A stretch of DNA of 64,000 nucleotides from an uncultured Solirubrobacteraceae bacterium (GCA_963843485.1 CAWJKK010000015.1:213128-277127); one strand, 5' to 3'; positions 1 through 10,979 are shown, counted from the stretch's first letter. Translations and numbers: made by a program. Notes: a model not told the origin generated them from the letters alone.

Positions 1-335
1 TGCGGCTCGCCGAGGCCGTGTGGGAGTCCGCCGACGCCGCGCGCGGCTGGAACTTCGGGCCCGCCGCGGCCGACGCACGCCCCGTGCGCGAGATCGCCGC
101 GCGCATGGGCGCGCCGGTGCAGGAGCGCCAGGTCGACGGCGGAGTCGAGGTCGCGGCCGTCGAGCTGGATGCCGCAGCAGCGCGCAGTACGCTGGGGTGG
201 ACTCCGGTCTGGGACCTCGACACCGCGCTCGAGGCCACGACCGCGTGGCACCGGGCCGTCGCCGCCGGACACGACGCGCGCGCCGTGACCCTGGACCAGA
301 TCGACCGCTTCGAACAGGATCTGATGAAGAGATGA
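1..335 (+). CDS. NAD-dependent sugar dehydratase, C-terminal fragment (CDP-glucose 4,6-dehydratase-like); 5' end lies outside the window
   Basis: The frame of ORF 18..335 is open to the window edge. The C-terminal pattern NFGP...LDAAAARSTLGWTPVWDLDTALEATTAWH is typical of RfbG-type dehydratases. Its stop overlaps the next start (ATGA at 332-335). Confidence 0.6.
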   Translation, partial: RLAEAVWESADAARGWNFGPAAADARPVREIAARMGAPVQERQVDGGVEVAAVELDAAAARSTLGWTPVWDLDTALEATTAWHRAVAAGHDARAVTLDQIDRFEQDLMKR

Positions 336-1570
336 GCATCGGCATCGTGGGACTCGGATACGTCGGCCTGCCACTGGCCGTGGCGTTCGCGGAGGCGGGC
401 GAGGAGGTCATCGGCGTCGACGTCGACCCCGGCCGCGTGGCCACGCTGAACGACGGCCGCTCGCCGATCGAGGACATCCCGGACGAGCGCCTGCACGGCG
501 TGCTCGGCGCCTGCCGCTTCACGACGCGATCGGTCGAGCTGCACGAGGCCGAGGCGATCCTCGTCTGCGTGCCGACGCCGCTGACCCGCAACCGCGAGCC
601 GGACCTCGGCCCGCTGCTCGCCGCCAGCCGCTCGCTCGCCGAGGTCGTCCGCCGCGGCCAGGTGATCGTGCTCGAGTCGACCACGTACCCGGGCACGACC
701 CGCGAGCACCTGGTCCCGCTGCTCGAGGAGTCCGGCCTCAGCGCGGGCCGCGACTTCGCGCTCGCGTTCTCGCCCGAGCGCGTCGACCCGGGCCGCACCG
801 ACTACACGATCCGGACCACGCCGAAGGTCGTCGGCGGGCTCACACCGGGCTGCACCGACCGCGCCTCGGAGGTCTACGGCCGCATCTGCGACCACGTGAT
901 CCCGGTCTCGACCCCCGAGGTCGCCGAGCTGTCGAAGCTGCTCGAGAACATCTTCCGCTCGGTCAACATCGCGCTGATGAACGAGCTGGCGCGGCTCGCC
1001 GACCGCATGGACATCGACATCTGGGAGGTCATCGACGCCGCCTCCACGAAGCCGTTCGGGTTCATGCGCTTCGAGCCCGGCCCGGGCATGGGCGGCCACT
1101 GCCTGCCGGTCGACCCGTTCTACCTGAGCTGGAAGGCGCGCGAGTACGACATCTCGGCCGAGTTCATCGAGCTGGCCGGCAAGGTCAACCAGTCGCAGCC
1201 GTACTTCTGCGTCGAGAAGATCGAGCGCGCGCTCAACGACGCCGGCAAGCCGGTCCGCGGCTCGCGCATCCTGATCCTCGGCGTCTCGTACAAGGCCGGC
1301 GTGGGCGACATGCGCGAGTCGCCGGCGCTGAAGATCATCGAGCTGCTGGCCGAGCGCGGCGGCGACGTGCGCTTCCACGACCCGCACATCGCCGAGCTGC
1401 CGGACCAGGGCCTGCGCTCGATCGGCCTGGACGAGGGGCTCGACGGCGTCGACCTCGCGGTCATCGTCACCGCGCACCCGGAGGTCGACCACGGCCATGT
1501 CGTGGAGCGCGCGCCGAGCGTGCTCGACCTGCGCGGCACCACGCGCCACCTCGGCGTGCCGCAGCTCTAG
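332..1570 (+). CDS. nucleotide-sugar dehydrogenase (UDP-glucose/GDP-mannose dehydrogenase family)
   Basis: The internal ATG at 332 in ORF 20..1570 gives MSIGIVGLGYVGLPLAVAF (Rossmann GxGxxG). Also present: CVPTPL, the catalytic GGHCLPVDP motif and the C-terminal UDP-binding domain. The frame is uninterrupted. Confidence 0.9.
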   Translation: MSIGIVGLGYVGLPLAVAFAEAGEEVIGVDVDPGRVATLNDGRSPIEDIPDERLHGVLGACRFTTRSVELHEAEAILVCVPTPLTRNREPDLGPLLAASRSLAEVVRRGQVIVLESTTYPGTTREHLVPLLEESGLSAGRDFALAFSPERVDPGRTDYTIRTTPKVVGGLTPGCTDRASEVYGRICDHVIPVSTPEVAELSKLLENIFRSVNIALMNELARLADRMDIDIWEVIDAASTKPFGFMRFEPGPGMGGHCLPVDPFYLSWKAREYDISAEFIELAGKVNQSQPYFCVEKIERALNDAGKPVRGSRILILGVSYKAGVGDMRESPALKIIELLAERGGDVRFHDPHIAELPDQGLRSIGLDEGLDGVDLAVIVTAHPEVDHGHVVERAPSVLDLRGTTRHLGVPQL

Positions 1571-2497
1571 TACGCGGCGGCCGCGCGCATCCAGTCACCG
1601 AGCTCGCGGTGCAGCCGCCGCGACGCGGCGAGCGCCCCGGTCATCTGGAAGAAGCCATGGATCATCCCCGGGTAGCGCCGCAGCTCGACGGGCACGCCGG
1701 CCTCGCGCAGATGTGCGGCGTGGCGTTCGCCGTCGTCGCGCAGCGGGTCGCATTCCGCGGTCACGATCAGCGTGGCGGGAAGGTCGCCGAGATCACGGTC
1801 GAAGAGCGGCGACACCCGCGGCGCCTGCCGGTCCACGTCCGCGGGCAGGTACTGGTCGAAGTACCAGCGCGACTTCTCGCTCGAGAAGCCGTAGCCCGCG
1901 GCGAACTCGTCGTAGGAGGGCGAGCTCGCGGTGGCGTCGAGCATCGGATAGATGAGCAGCTGGAAGGACGGTGGCCTGCCCTCGCGGGCGAGCACGTGGG
2001 TCACGCTCGCCGCGAGGTTCCCGCCTGAGCTGTCGCCGGCGACGGCGGGGGCGCTGCGCGACGCGCCGAGCGCCGGCGGCCTCGGCCGCGAGCCAGCGTG
2101 CCGCGGCGAGCGCGTCGTCGGCGGCGGCGGGGAACGGGTGCTCCGGGGCGAGCCGGCACTCGGGCGCCACGATCAGGCAGCCGCTCGCCAGCGCCAGCTC
2201 CCGCAGCGGCGCGTCGTAGCCGGCGCGGCCGAGCACGAAGCCGCCGCCGTGCAGGAACAGCACCGGATGCAGGACGCCCGGACGCGGCCGGTACACGCGC
2301 ACGGGCAGCGGGCGCTCCGGCCCGCCGACCTCGATGTCCTCGATCGCGTGCAGCTCGCCGGGCACACGCTGCAGGAGGTCGGCCGCGGCGAGGTCGTCCG
2401 CGCGGACCGCTTCCACCGTCAGCTCGTCGATCGGCGTGGCCGGCTCGGCCGCCGCTCGATCGAGCAGCTCGCGGACCTCGGGGTCGAGCTCGGTCAC
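1567..2497 (-). CDS. alpha/beta hydrolase, hormone-sensitive-lipase-type esterase (one frame break near 2050-2065)
   Basis: The N-terminal part with the HGGGF oxyanion motif is in ORF 1793..2497. The nucleophile motif GDSSGGN and the C-terminal DPLRDD...HGF part are in the frame of ORF 1567..2004. Confidence 0.8.
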
Positions 2498-3629
2498 GGC
2501 GCCGCGCCGGTCGGCACCGGGGCCCCGTCGTAGACGGCCCGCAGCCGCGCCGCGACCGCCGCGGGCGCGCAGCGGGCCCGGACGGCGGCCAGGGCGCGCT
2601 CTCCGGCGGCCTCGTCGCCGTACAGCGCCCGCGCCCGCAGCGCCAGCGCGGCGGCGTCAGCGGCCGGGTAGAGACCCTCGGCGGGCACGATCTCGGCCAG
2701 CCCGCCGCTCTCGGCGGCCACGACGGGCAGGCCCGCGGCCATCGCCTCGAGCGCGGCGAGCGGCAGGATCTCCGCGTAGCGCGAGGGCACGATCGCCAGC
2801 GCGGCCTGCCGCCGCAGCGCGGCGAGCTCGGCGGCGGCGATCGCGGCCGGTGAAGCGCACGTCGGCGCCCTCCGCCTGCGCGCGCAGGCGCGGCAGCTCG
2901 GGCCCGTCGCCGGCCACGACCAGCGGCAGCCCGGCGCTCGCGCAGGCCGCCACGGCGTCGGCGAAGCCCTTCTCGGCGCGTCAGCCGCCCGGCGGCGAGC
3001 GCGAAGCGACCCGCGGCCGCGCGCGAGCGGCCGGCGATGTCGCGCTGCACCGACGCGATCACGTGCGCGCGGTCGCCGAGCGGCGCCCCGAGCGTGCGCA
3101 GCCGGTCGAGCGCGAAGGCGCTCGGCACCACGAACGCGTCGGCGGCCGCGACCAGCCGCCGCTGCCAGAGCGCGAGCGCGGCGCCGTAGGTCACCGCCTC
3201 GGCGCGCGAGCCGCGGCAGTTCAGGCGCACGCCCGGCGCCGTGTTGACGCCGTGGCAGCGCGTGCAGTCCGCGCCGCGGGTGAAGCAGGTGCCGACCGCG
3301 CAGACGAGCCGGTAGTTGTGCAGGTGCAGGACGACGCGCGCGCCGGCCTCGCGGGCCGCGGCCAGCGCGCGCCAGCCGAACGCCGGGTGCACGTTGTGGG
3401 CGTGGACGACGCGGGCGCCGCTGCGCCGCACCGCCTCTCCGACCGCGTCCGGCTCGAGGCCGCCGCGCAGCAGCCCGGCCGCGGCGCGCGGCGCGCTCAG
3501 CGCGAGCGAGTCGCGCACGAAGACCTCGGACTGCTCGCCGAGCTGGTCGCGCACCAGCCAGGCGAGGTCCTCGACCGCGCGCTCCTCCCCGCCGGGCGTG
3601 CGGTAGCGGTTGTGCAGGAGCAGGATCAG
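2494..3629 (-). CDS. glycosyltransferase family 4 (at least 2 frame breaks, about 2800-2860 and 2960-3000)
   Basis: N-terminus LILLLHNRYRTPGGEERAV...HAHNVHP is in ORF 2001..4361. The middle segment LPLVVAGDGPELPRLRAQAEGADVRFTG is in ORF 2657..2953. The C-terminus PSRYAEILPLAALEAMAAGLPVVAAESGG is in ORF 2494..2790. The only start-like codon is CTG at 3629, overlapping the upstream stop (CTGA), so the start is uncertain. Confidence 0.7.
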
Positions 3630-4420
3630 CGGTCCGCGAGGCGGTCGAGCCGCCCTCCCACGACCGTCACCGTGCGGTGGACCGGGCGCATCAGCCACGG
3701 CGCGCGCACGTGCTTGGCCGCGAAGCGGTCGACCGAGGCGGCGAGGTGCGCGTCGCGCGCGGCGGTGACGCCGCCCGCGTGGCTCACGCGCACCGACGGC
3801 AGGTAGCGGACGCGGCCGCCCTGCCGGCGGATCCGCAGGAACAGGTCCTCCTCCTCCTTGTAGAGGAAGAACTCGGGGTCGAAGCCGCCGACGCCGTCGA
3901 ACGCCTCGCGGGTGACGAGGCACGCGGCGCCGGACACCCAGGCGGCGTCGACCACGTGGTCGCGCAGCCGGTAGTGGCTGTGCCCGGCCGCCAGGGCGAC
4001 GCGGGCGCGGAAGCCCTCGAGCTCGCCGTGGTCGCGCGGATCGACCGCGCCCGTGGGCGAGATCAGCTGCGGGCCGACGGCGGCGACGCCGTCGTCCAGC
4101 GCCGCGCGCAGGCGCTCGATCGTGCGCGGCTCGAACAGCAGCGAGTCCGGGTTGAGCAGGAACAGCGCACGCGCGTCGTGGCGCGCGGCGAGCAGGTTGT
4201 GGCCGCCGCCGAAGCCGAGGTTCTCCTCGGAATCGACGAACTCCACGGCGGGATGGTCCTCCGCGAGCCGGCCGAGGTCGTCCCCCGAGCCGTTCTCGAG
4301 CACGAGCACGCGGGCGCTGAAGTCCGCGCCCTCGAGGTCCGCGAGCACGCTGCGCAGGCACGGCTCGAGGTGACGGCGCGTGCGGAAGTTGATGACCTGG
4401 ACGGCAACGTCGAGTGGCAC
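3626..4420 (-). CDS. glycosyltransferase family 2
   Basis: Intact 264-aa ORF with VLENGSGDD, NLGFGGGHN and GAACLVTREAF..GGFDPEFFLYKEEEDL, typical of GT2 (GT-A fold, DxD-like). Confidence 0.85.
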   Translation of the reverse strand: MPLDVAVQVINFRTRRHLEPCLRSVLADLEGADFSARVLVLENGSGDDLGRLAEDHPAVEFVDSEENLGFGGGHNLLAARHDARALFLLNPDSLLFEPRTIERLRAALDDGVAAVGPQLISPTGAVDPRDHGELEGFRARVALAAGHSHYRLRDHVVDAAWVSGAACLVTREAFDGVGGFDPEFFLYKEEEDLFLRIRRQGGRVRYLPSVRVSHAGGVTAARDAHLAASVDRFAAKHVRAPWLMRPVHRTVTVVGGRLDRLADR

Positions 4421-4440
4421 GCCGCCATCATAGGTTCGCG

Positions 4441-5607
4441 ATGCGCGTCGCCATCGTCGCCGAGTACTACCCGCGGGCCGCCGACCCGGTCCTGGGCGTG
4501 TGGGCTCACCGCCAGGCCGTCGCGGCCGCCGCGGCGGGCGCGGACGTCCACGTCCTCGTCCTGCACCGGCCGCTGCCGTCGCGCGCCGCGCTGCGCTCGC
4601 GCAGCCCGCGCGCGCTGGTCGCGCCGCTGCGCCAGCCGCTGCGGAGCGAGCTCGACGGCGTGCCGGTCAGCTACGTGCCGTTCCTCGCCCCGCCGCGCCC
4701 GCGCAGCTACGAGAGCTGGGGCGCCTGGGCGGCGGCGCCGCTCGCGCTGGCGCTGCGGCGGCTGCGGCGGCACTTCCCGTTCGACCTCGTGCACGCGCAC
4801 TACGCCGCGCCGGCCGGCGACGCCGTGCGGCGGGCGCGCGTCGGCCGCCCGCTGGCGATCTCGGTCCACGGCGGCGACCTGCTGGCCGTCGCCGAGCAGT
4901 CGGAGACGGGCGCCCGGACGGTGCGCGACGCGCTCGGCCACGCCGCGGTCGTCCTCGCCAACTCGGCCGGCATGGAGCGGCGCGCGCGGCGCTTCGGCGC
5001 GGCCAACACGCGCGTCGTGCACCTCGGCAGCGACCTGCCGGACACGCCGGGCGCCGCCCCGGCCCGGCTCGTCACCGTCGGGCACCTGATCGCGCGCAAG
5101 CGCCACGCCGACGTCCTGCGCGCGCTGTGGCTGCTGCGCGACGCCCAGCCCGCCGTCGAGTGGGTCGTGGTCGGCGACGGGCCCGAGCGCGAGCCGCTGG
5201 AGCGGCTGGCCGCGGAGCTGGGCCTGGCCGAGCGCGTGCGCTTCACCGGCGCGCTGCCGCACGCGCGCGCACTCGAGGAGGCGCGCCGCGGCGGGGTGTT
5301 CGTGCTCCCGAGCGTCGACGAGGCGTTCGGCGTCGCCTACGTGGAGGCGATGGCGGGCGCGGTCCCGGCGATCGGCTGCCGCGGCGAGGACGGCCCGGAG
5401 GAGATCGCCGCCGCCGGCGAGGGGATCCGGCTCGTCGCGCCCGGCGACCCGGAGGACCTGGCGCGCGAGCTGGGCGCGCTGCTCGAGGCCGACGACTGGC
5501 GCCACGAGCTCGGCGCCGCCGCGCGCGCGACCGTCGAGCGCGCGTTCACCTGGGACGCCTGCGGCCGCGCGACCGTCGCGGCGTACGAGGACGCGCTCCG
5601 CGCATGA
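4441..5607 (+). CDS. glycosyltransferase family 4
   Basis: ATG at 4441 (MRVAIVAEYYP) lies within ORF 4414..5607. The C-terminal domain carries VLPSVDEAFGVAYVEAMAGAVPAIG (E-x7-E region). Intact. Confidence 0.85.
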   Translation: MRVAIVAEYYPRAADPVLGVWAHRQAVAAAAAGADVHVLVLHRPLPSRAALRSRSPRALVAPLRQPLRSELDGVPVSYVPFLAPPRPRSYESWGAWAAAPLALALRRLRRHFPFDLVHAHYAAPAGDAVRRARVGRPLAISVHGGDLLAVAEQSETGARTVRDALGHAAVVLANSAGMERRARRFGAANTRVVHLGSDLPDTPGAAPARLVTVGHLIARKRHADVLRALWLLRDAQPAVEWVVVGDGPEREPLERLAAELGLAERVRFTGALPHARALEEARRGGVFVLPSVDEAFGVAYVEAMAGAVPAIGCRGEDGPEEIAAAGEGIRLVAPGDPEDLARELGALLEADDWRHELGAAARATVERAFTWDACGRATVAAYEDALRA

Positions 5608-5616
5608 GCGGCACGC

Positions 5617-6536
5617 GTGACGGTCGCCATCCCCGTGCTCGACGGCGGGGCGCTGTTCGGCGAGGTGCTCGCGGCCGTGCGCGCGCAGGAGGTCGACCGG
5701 CCGGTCGAGCTGCTCGTGGCGGACTCGGGATCGGCGGACGGCTCGGCGGCGCTGGCCCGGCGGCTCGGGGCGCGCGTCCTCGAGGTCGCGCCGGGCGAGT
5801 TCTCGCATGGCGGCACGCGCAACCGGCTGGTCGCGCGAGGCGGCCGGCGACCACGTCGCGTTCCTCACCCAGGACTCGGTGCCCGCCGCACCGCGGCTGG
5901 CTCGCCGCGCTGCTGCGCGGCTTCACGCTCGCCGACGACGTGGCGCTCGCCTGCGGCCCCGCGCTGCCGCGCGAGGGCGACTCGCCGATGGTCCGCCGCG
6001 AGCTCGGCGAGTTCTTCGCCCGCTTCGGCGGCGAGCGGGTCGACCGCGGCGCCGCCGAGCTCGGCCCGGCATCGTTCTTCAGCAGCGCCAACGGGGCGAT
6101 CGCGCGCTGGGCGTGGGAGCGCGTGCCGCTGCGGGACGTGCCGTACGCCGAGGACCAGGTGCTCGCGCGCGACGTGCTCGCGGCCGGGCTGGCGAAGGCG
6201 TACGTGCCCGCCGCCGCCGTGGTGCACTCGCACGACCTGCCGCCGCTGGGCGCGCTGCGGCGCTACTTCGACGACTTCCGCGCGCTCGGCGAGGTCCACG
6301 GCCATCGCGAGCCGCTGAGCCCGCGCTACGTGGCGGCGCGCGTGCGCGGCGACGTCGCCGCCGACCGCGCGTACATGCGCCGCGAGGGGCTGCCGGTGCA
6401 GACCTGGCGCTCGCTGCGCCACCAGACCGCACGGGCACTCGGCCGCAGCCTCGGCGCGAACGCCGACCGCCTGCCGGCGCCCGCGCGCCGCGCGCTGTCG
6501 CACGACGGCCGCGCGACGTTCGAGGCCGTCCCATGA
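5617..6536 (+). CDS. glycosyltransferase family 2-like (rhamnosyltransferase-like); two frame breaks near 5835 and 5885
   Basis: A GTG start gives MTVAIPVLDGG...ADSGSADGS...HGGTRNRLV. The protein continues as EAAGDHVAFLTQDSVP in the frame of ORF 5807, then as GWLAALLRGF...YAEDQVLARD... to the stop at 6536 in the frame of ORF 4500..6536. Confidence 0.7.
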
Positions 6537-7665
6537 GCCGCCCCGTCCTGTTCGTCACGAACCACGCGCCCGCCTTCCGCCGCGGCGCGTTCGCGGCGCT
6601 GCACGAGCGCGAGGACGTGGTGTTCGCGCTGATCGGCGGCACGGTCAGGCACGGCGGCCAGACCTTGTCGCCGGGTTCGGGGGGTCAGACCCCGCCAGCG
6701 CCAGAGGAGGGCCGGACGCCGCGTTGAAGGGGTCAGACCCCGGTTTCGTGGTGCGGCCGTCTCAGCGGGGCGTGCTGCGGCTGGCGGCCTCGGGGCGCTT
6801 CCGCGCGGTCGTGGCCGGGTTGAGCGGGCGGGTGGCGCTGCCCGCCGCGTACGCCGGCGCGCGGATCGCGGGCGTGCCGTTCGTGCTGTGGGCGACGATC
6901 TGGGCGCATCCGCGGACGCCTGCGCACGCCCTCTCCTACCTCCCGCTGCGGCACATCTACCGCAACGCCGACGCGATCGCGACCTACGGCACGCACGTCT
7001 CCGCCTACGTCCGCGCCCAGGGCGCGCGGGGCCCCGTGTTCGAGGCTCCGCAGAGCGTCGACGACGCGTTCTGGACCGGCCCGGCGTCCGAGTTCCGACG
7101 CGCCCCGTTCCAGGTCCTGTTTGCCGGCCGTGCGGCGCGGGAAAAGGGATCCGGGGTGCTTCTGCAGGCTTGGAGTTCCACCGGCCTGTCCGCACCCCGA
7201 GCCGCGCTAGTAATGGTCGGCGGCGGTCCGTTCCGAGCCCGGACCGTCGCCGCCAGCGCGGTGCTGCCCGAACCGCCCGCCGACCCGGAGACGCTCCGCA
7301 ACTTCTACGCGGGGTCGGACGTTGTGGTCGTACCGTCGATCCCCACCCGCGACTTCCTCGAGCCGTGGGGCCTGGTGGTCAACGAAGCCTTCGACCGGGG
7401 GGTTCCCGTGATCGCAACCGATGCCGTCGGCGCCGCAGCCGGCGGGCTCGTGCAGCACGAACGCACCGGCCTCGTCGTCCCGGCGGGCGACTCCGCCGCG
7501 CTCGCCGCCGCCATCCGCCGCCTGCACGACGACCCCGCGCTGCGCGCCCGCCTGGGCGCCGCGGCACGCGCGGCCGTGCGCTCGTTCGACCACGCCGCGT
7601 GGGCCGCGGGGATGGGTCGCGCGCTCGCCGCGGCAGGTGCCGGACGCGCTCAGGAGGGCTGCTAG
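6533..7665 (+). CDS. glycosyltransferase family 4 (frame break near 6655; an unusual hairpin-containing segment at 6650-6750)
   Basis: ATG at 6533 (ATGA overlap) gives MSRPVLFVTNHAPAFRRG...VVFALIGG. The rest is in the frame of ORF 6724..7665: FAGRAAREKG, VVVPSIPTRDFLEPWGLVVNEAFDRGVPVIATD. Confidence 0.7.
6679..6743. repeat. two copies of the 13-nt hairpin-forming motif GGGGTCAGACCCC (6681-6693 and 6729-6741)
   Basis: Read directly from the sequence. Stem GGGGT/ACCCC with loop CAG; the copies are 48 nt apart inside the GT4 gene, where GC3 drops. Confidence 0.6.
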
Positions 7666-7678
7666 CGTGCTGCGACCG

Positions 7679-8279
7679 ATGCCGCGCACGACGGTCTTTC
7701 TCGCGTGCCTGCTGGCGCTGCTGATGGCCGCGCCCGCGAGCGCGCAGAGCACCCGCACCAAGATCCTCCAGGAGTGCCAGGACGGAGCCCTCAAGGGCGA
7801 CTACTCGGCGCGGGAGATCCGCGACGCCCGCAACAACATCCCGGACGACATCGACCAGTACTCGAGCTGCCGCGGAGTCCTCTCGAACGCGCTCGCGGAC
7901 CGCGTCGGCGGCTCCGGCGCCGGCGCTGACGGCGGGGCCGGCGGCGGCGTCGGCGGCGCCGGGGGCACGGGCGACGGCGGCGCCGGTGGCGCCGGTGGCG
8001 CTCCGCTGACGCCTTCGACCGACCAGGATCGCCAGGCGCTCAACGACGCGGCCACCGGCGGCGGCGCGCCGCTGGAGATCGGCGGGCAGCGCGTCGTGCC
8101 CGGTGCGGCGGCCTCCGTGCGCAACGACCTTCCGCCGACCCTGCTCGTGGTGCTGATCCTGCTCGCCGTCGGCGGCGGCGATCGGGGCGAGCCCGGTGCT
8201 GCGCCGGCGCACCTTCGCGCCGCTCGCCGGAGTCGGCGCCGCCATCCGCTCCCGTGTCCTTCCTGGCCGACCCGGTTAG
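7679..8279 (+). CDS. secreted Gly-rich protein with C-terminal membrane anchor (frame break near 8180)
   Basis: ATG at 7679 gives the signal peptide MPRTTVFLACLLALLMAAPASAQ. Then a GGAGG-rich segment and a TM segment LPPTLLVVLILLAVGG. After a 1-nt shift the frame reads AIGASPVLRRRTF... to TAG at 8277-8279. Confidence 0.55.
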
Positions 8280-10384
8280 CACCGCCCGCCGCAGGCGGAC
8301 GATCACGATCCCGGTCCCGCGCGTCGCGGGCGACGCGGCGCTGGCCGCGGGGACCGCGCTCGCGCTCGTGCTGGCGGCGTTCGTCGCCGCCGGCGGGCTG
8401 CGACTCGAGCGCACGGCGAACGTCCTGATCGCGCTGATGCTGGCCGGTGCCGCGCTCGTGGCCGCCGCGGTGATCCGGCGCCCGCGCACGGCCGACGCGC
8501 CGCTCTACGGCGGCGTGCCGCTGCTGCTCTTCGGCCTGCTGAGCGCGTTCACCGCGCTGTCGGTGCTGTGGTCGATCGCCCCGTCGGACTCGTGGGTCGA
8601 GGCCAGCCGCACGCTCGCCTACCTCGCGGTGTTCGCGGCGGCCATCGCGCTCGTGCGCCTGATCCCGCACCAGTGGTCCGGGCTGCTGCTCGGGCTCGGC
8701 GCGGGCTGCCTGCTGATCACCGTGTGGGCGCTGCTGAGCAAGGTCTTCCCGCAGTCGCTGGCGCCCGACGAGACCTACGCCCGCCTGCGCGAGCCGTTCG
8801 CGTACTGGAACTCGGTCGGCCTGATGGCGGCGATGGGCGCGCTCCCGATGCTGTGGCTCGCGGCGCGCCGCAACGGCCACGCGGCCGTCAACGCGATCGC
8901 CTGGCCGGCGCTGGCGCTGCTGTTCGTGACCGTCATGCTCGCCTACTCGCGCGGCGCCCTCGCGGCGCTCGTGATCGGCATCGGCCTCTGGTTCATCCTC
9001 GTGCCGCTGCGGCTGCGCGGCCTCGTGGCGCTGGCCGCCTCGGTGCTCGGCGCCGGGCTGCTGGTCGTCTGGGCGTTCTCGCAGGACGGGCTGACCACCG
9101 ACGAGGCGCCGATGGCGGCGCGCGTCGACGCCGGGCACGAGTTCGGCGCGCTGCTGCTGCTGCTGAGCGTCGTGCTGCTCGCCGCCGGCCTCGCCGTCCA
9201 GTTCGCCATCGCCCAGCGGCCGCCGGGGCCGCGCACGCGACGCAACGCCGGCCGCGCCGCGCTCGCCGTGCTGGCGCTGCTGCCGATCGTCGCGCTGCTC
9301 GCGCTCGCGACCGCGGAGGGCGGCATCGACGGCCAGGTCAGCAAGGCCTGGAACCAGCTCACCGACCCCGACGCCCGCACGCCCGCCAACGAGCCGGGCC
9401 GCTTCACCGAGGCGTCCTCCGTGCGCGCCCGCTACTGGCAGGAGGCGTTCGACATCCACGCCACGAGCCCGTGGGTCGGCACCGGGGCGGGCGCGTACGT
9501 GGTCGCGCGGACCCGCTTCCGCGACGACGCGCTGGAGGTCCGCCACGCCCACGGCTACGCGGTCCAGACGCTCGCCGACCTCGGCTGGGCCGGGCTCGCC
9601 CTGTCGCTGCTGCTGGCCGTCGCCTGGCTCGTGAGCGCGTTGCGCGCCACCGGCCTGCGCCGGCGCGACCGCGGGCTGCCGTACGACGCCGAGCGCGTCG
9701 GGCTGCTGACGCTGCTGGTCGTCGTGGTCGTCTTCGCGGTGCACTCGTTCGTCGACTGGACGTGGTTCGTGCCCGCCAACGCGGCCGTGGCGCTGCTCGC
9801 CGCCGGCTGGGTCGCCGGCCGCACGCCGCTGCGGCGGCGGCTCGAGGCGCCCGAGCCCGAGCCGGCGCCGGTGCCCGGCTGGATCGACGCCGGCCGGCTG
9901 CGCGCGCCTGCGCCGCTCCGTGCCGCCGCTGCGCGGGGCGATCGCCGCGCTGATCGCCGTGATCGCGCTCGCCGCCGCGTGGACGACCTACCAGCCCGTG
10001 CGCTCCGTGCACGCGGGCGACGAGGCGTTCGACCGGCTCGACCTCGGGCAGATCGAGGCCGCGGTCTCGATCGCCACGATCGCCGGCGACCGCAACCCGC
10101 TCTCGCCCGAGCCGCTGTTCGAGCTCGCCGCGATCGAGCAGGCGCGCGGCAACACCGAGGCCGCCCAGCGGGCGCTCGAGCGCGCGGTGCACCTGCAGCC
10201 CGCGAACGCCGAGACGTGGCGGCGGCTCGGCCAGTTCCGGCTCGGCGTGCTCCAGGACCCGCAGGGCGCGCTCGACGCCTTCAAGGCCGCGTACTACCTC
10301 GACCCGCGGTCGCCGGCCTCGACGAACGACATCCTCGCGGCGAGCCGCGCCGGCGCCTCGGCGCCGCCCGCTACGACGCCCTGA
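8254..10384 (+). CDS. O-antigen ligase/polymerase-like polytopic membrane protein with C-terminal TPR segment (frame break near 9915)
   Basis: ORF 8254..10494 encodes more than 10 TM helices and a Wzy_C-like core (LAYSRGALAALVIG). The C-terminus continues in ORF 9920..10384 with TPR-like repeats (AIEQARGNTEAAQRALERAVHLQPANAETW). Confidence 0.75.
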
Positions 10385-10979
10385 CGGCGCGCGCCAGCAG
10401 GCTCCGCCGCAGCAGCGGCGGCCCGCCCCACGACCGCACCTGCGCCGGCAGCCCGGCGCGCTCGAGCTGCGCGGCGAGCGACCGGGCCGTGTAGAAGCGC
10501 AGGTGGTCGCCGGCCGGGTCGAAGTGGCGCTCGAAGGCGGTCAGCGCCGTCCAGGCGCCCTTGACGCGCCCGTGGAACGGCGTCGTCACCACGAAGCGGC
10601 CCTGCGGCCGCAGCACCCGCCGCACCTCGACCAGCAGGCCGTCGGTGTCGGCCACGTGCTCGAGCACCTCCGAGCACCACACGAGGTCGACCGAGCCGTG
10701 GTCGAGCGGCAGCGAGCCGTCGTCCTCGACGCGCCGCAGGTCGGCGCCCGGCACGTTGCGGCGCGCCCGCTCGAGCGCGCCGTCGGCGACCTCGACGCCG
10801 ACCGGGTCGGCCCCGTGGTCGCGCAGCGCCGCGACGAAGCGGCCCGCCCCGCAGCCGAGGTCGAGCACCCGCTCGCCCGGCCGCGCCGTGCCGAGCAGCA
10901 GCGCGCGGCGGCGCTCCCACGCCCACGGCTCGGGGTCGTCCGGGGCGTCGGCCCAGGGCTGCTCGTAGAACGCTCGCAC
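10371..10979 (-). CDS. class I SAM-dependent methyltransferase
   Basis: GTG at 10979 lies within ORF 10371..11930. Motif I VLDLGCGAGRF and post-I DLVWCSEVLEHV are present. Intact, 202 aa. Confidence 0.85.
   Translation of the reverse strand: MRAFYEQPWADAPDDPEPWAWERRRALLLGTARPGERVLDLGCGAGRFVAALRDHGADPVGVEVADGALERARRNVPGADLRRVEDDGSLPLDHGSVDLVWCSEVLEHVADTDGLLVEVRRVLRPQGRFVVTTPFHGRVKGAWTALTAFERHFDPAGDHLRFYTARSLAAQLERAGLPAQVRSWGGPPLLRRSLLARAVRAS

Noticed and set aside
2001-4361. 786-aa minus-strand ORF, the longest in the left part of the track
   Set aside because: Only its central part (about 3000-3629) carries the real GT4 N-terminal domain. The rest is Arg/Pro/Ala-rich read-through of other frames and of the neighbouring GT2 gene, without family motifs. 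It is a composite artefact of high GC.
4063-5868. 601-aa minus-strand ORF
   Set aside because: It is antisense to two well-supported glycosyltransferase genes (3626-4420 lies in another frame; 4441-5607 is on the plus strand). Its composition is Arg/Asp/Gly-rich with no motifs, typical of an antisense open frame in GC-rich DNA.
7801-9744. 647-aa minus-strand ORF
   Set aside because: It is antisense to the polytopic O-antigen-ligase-like gene. The translation is dominated by R, Q, D and G runs, and the plus-strand gene has the clear TM and coding pattern.
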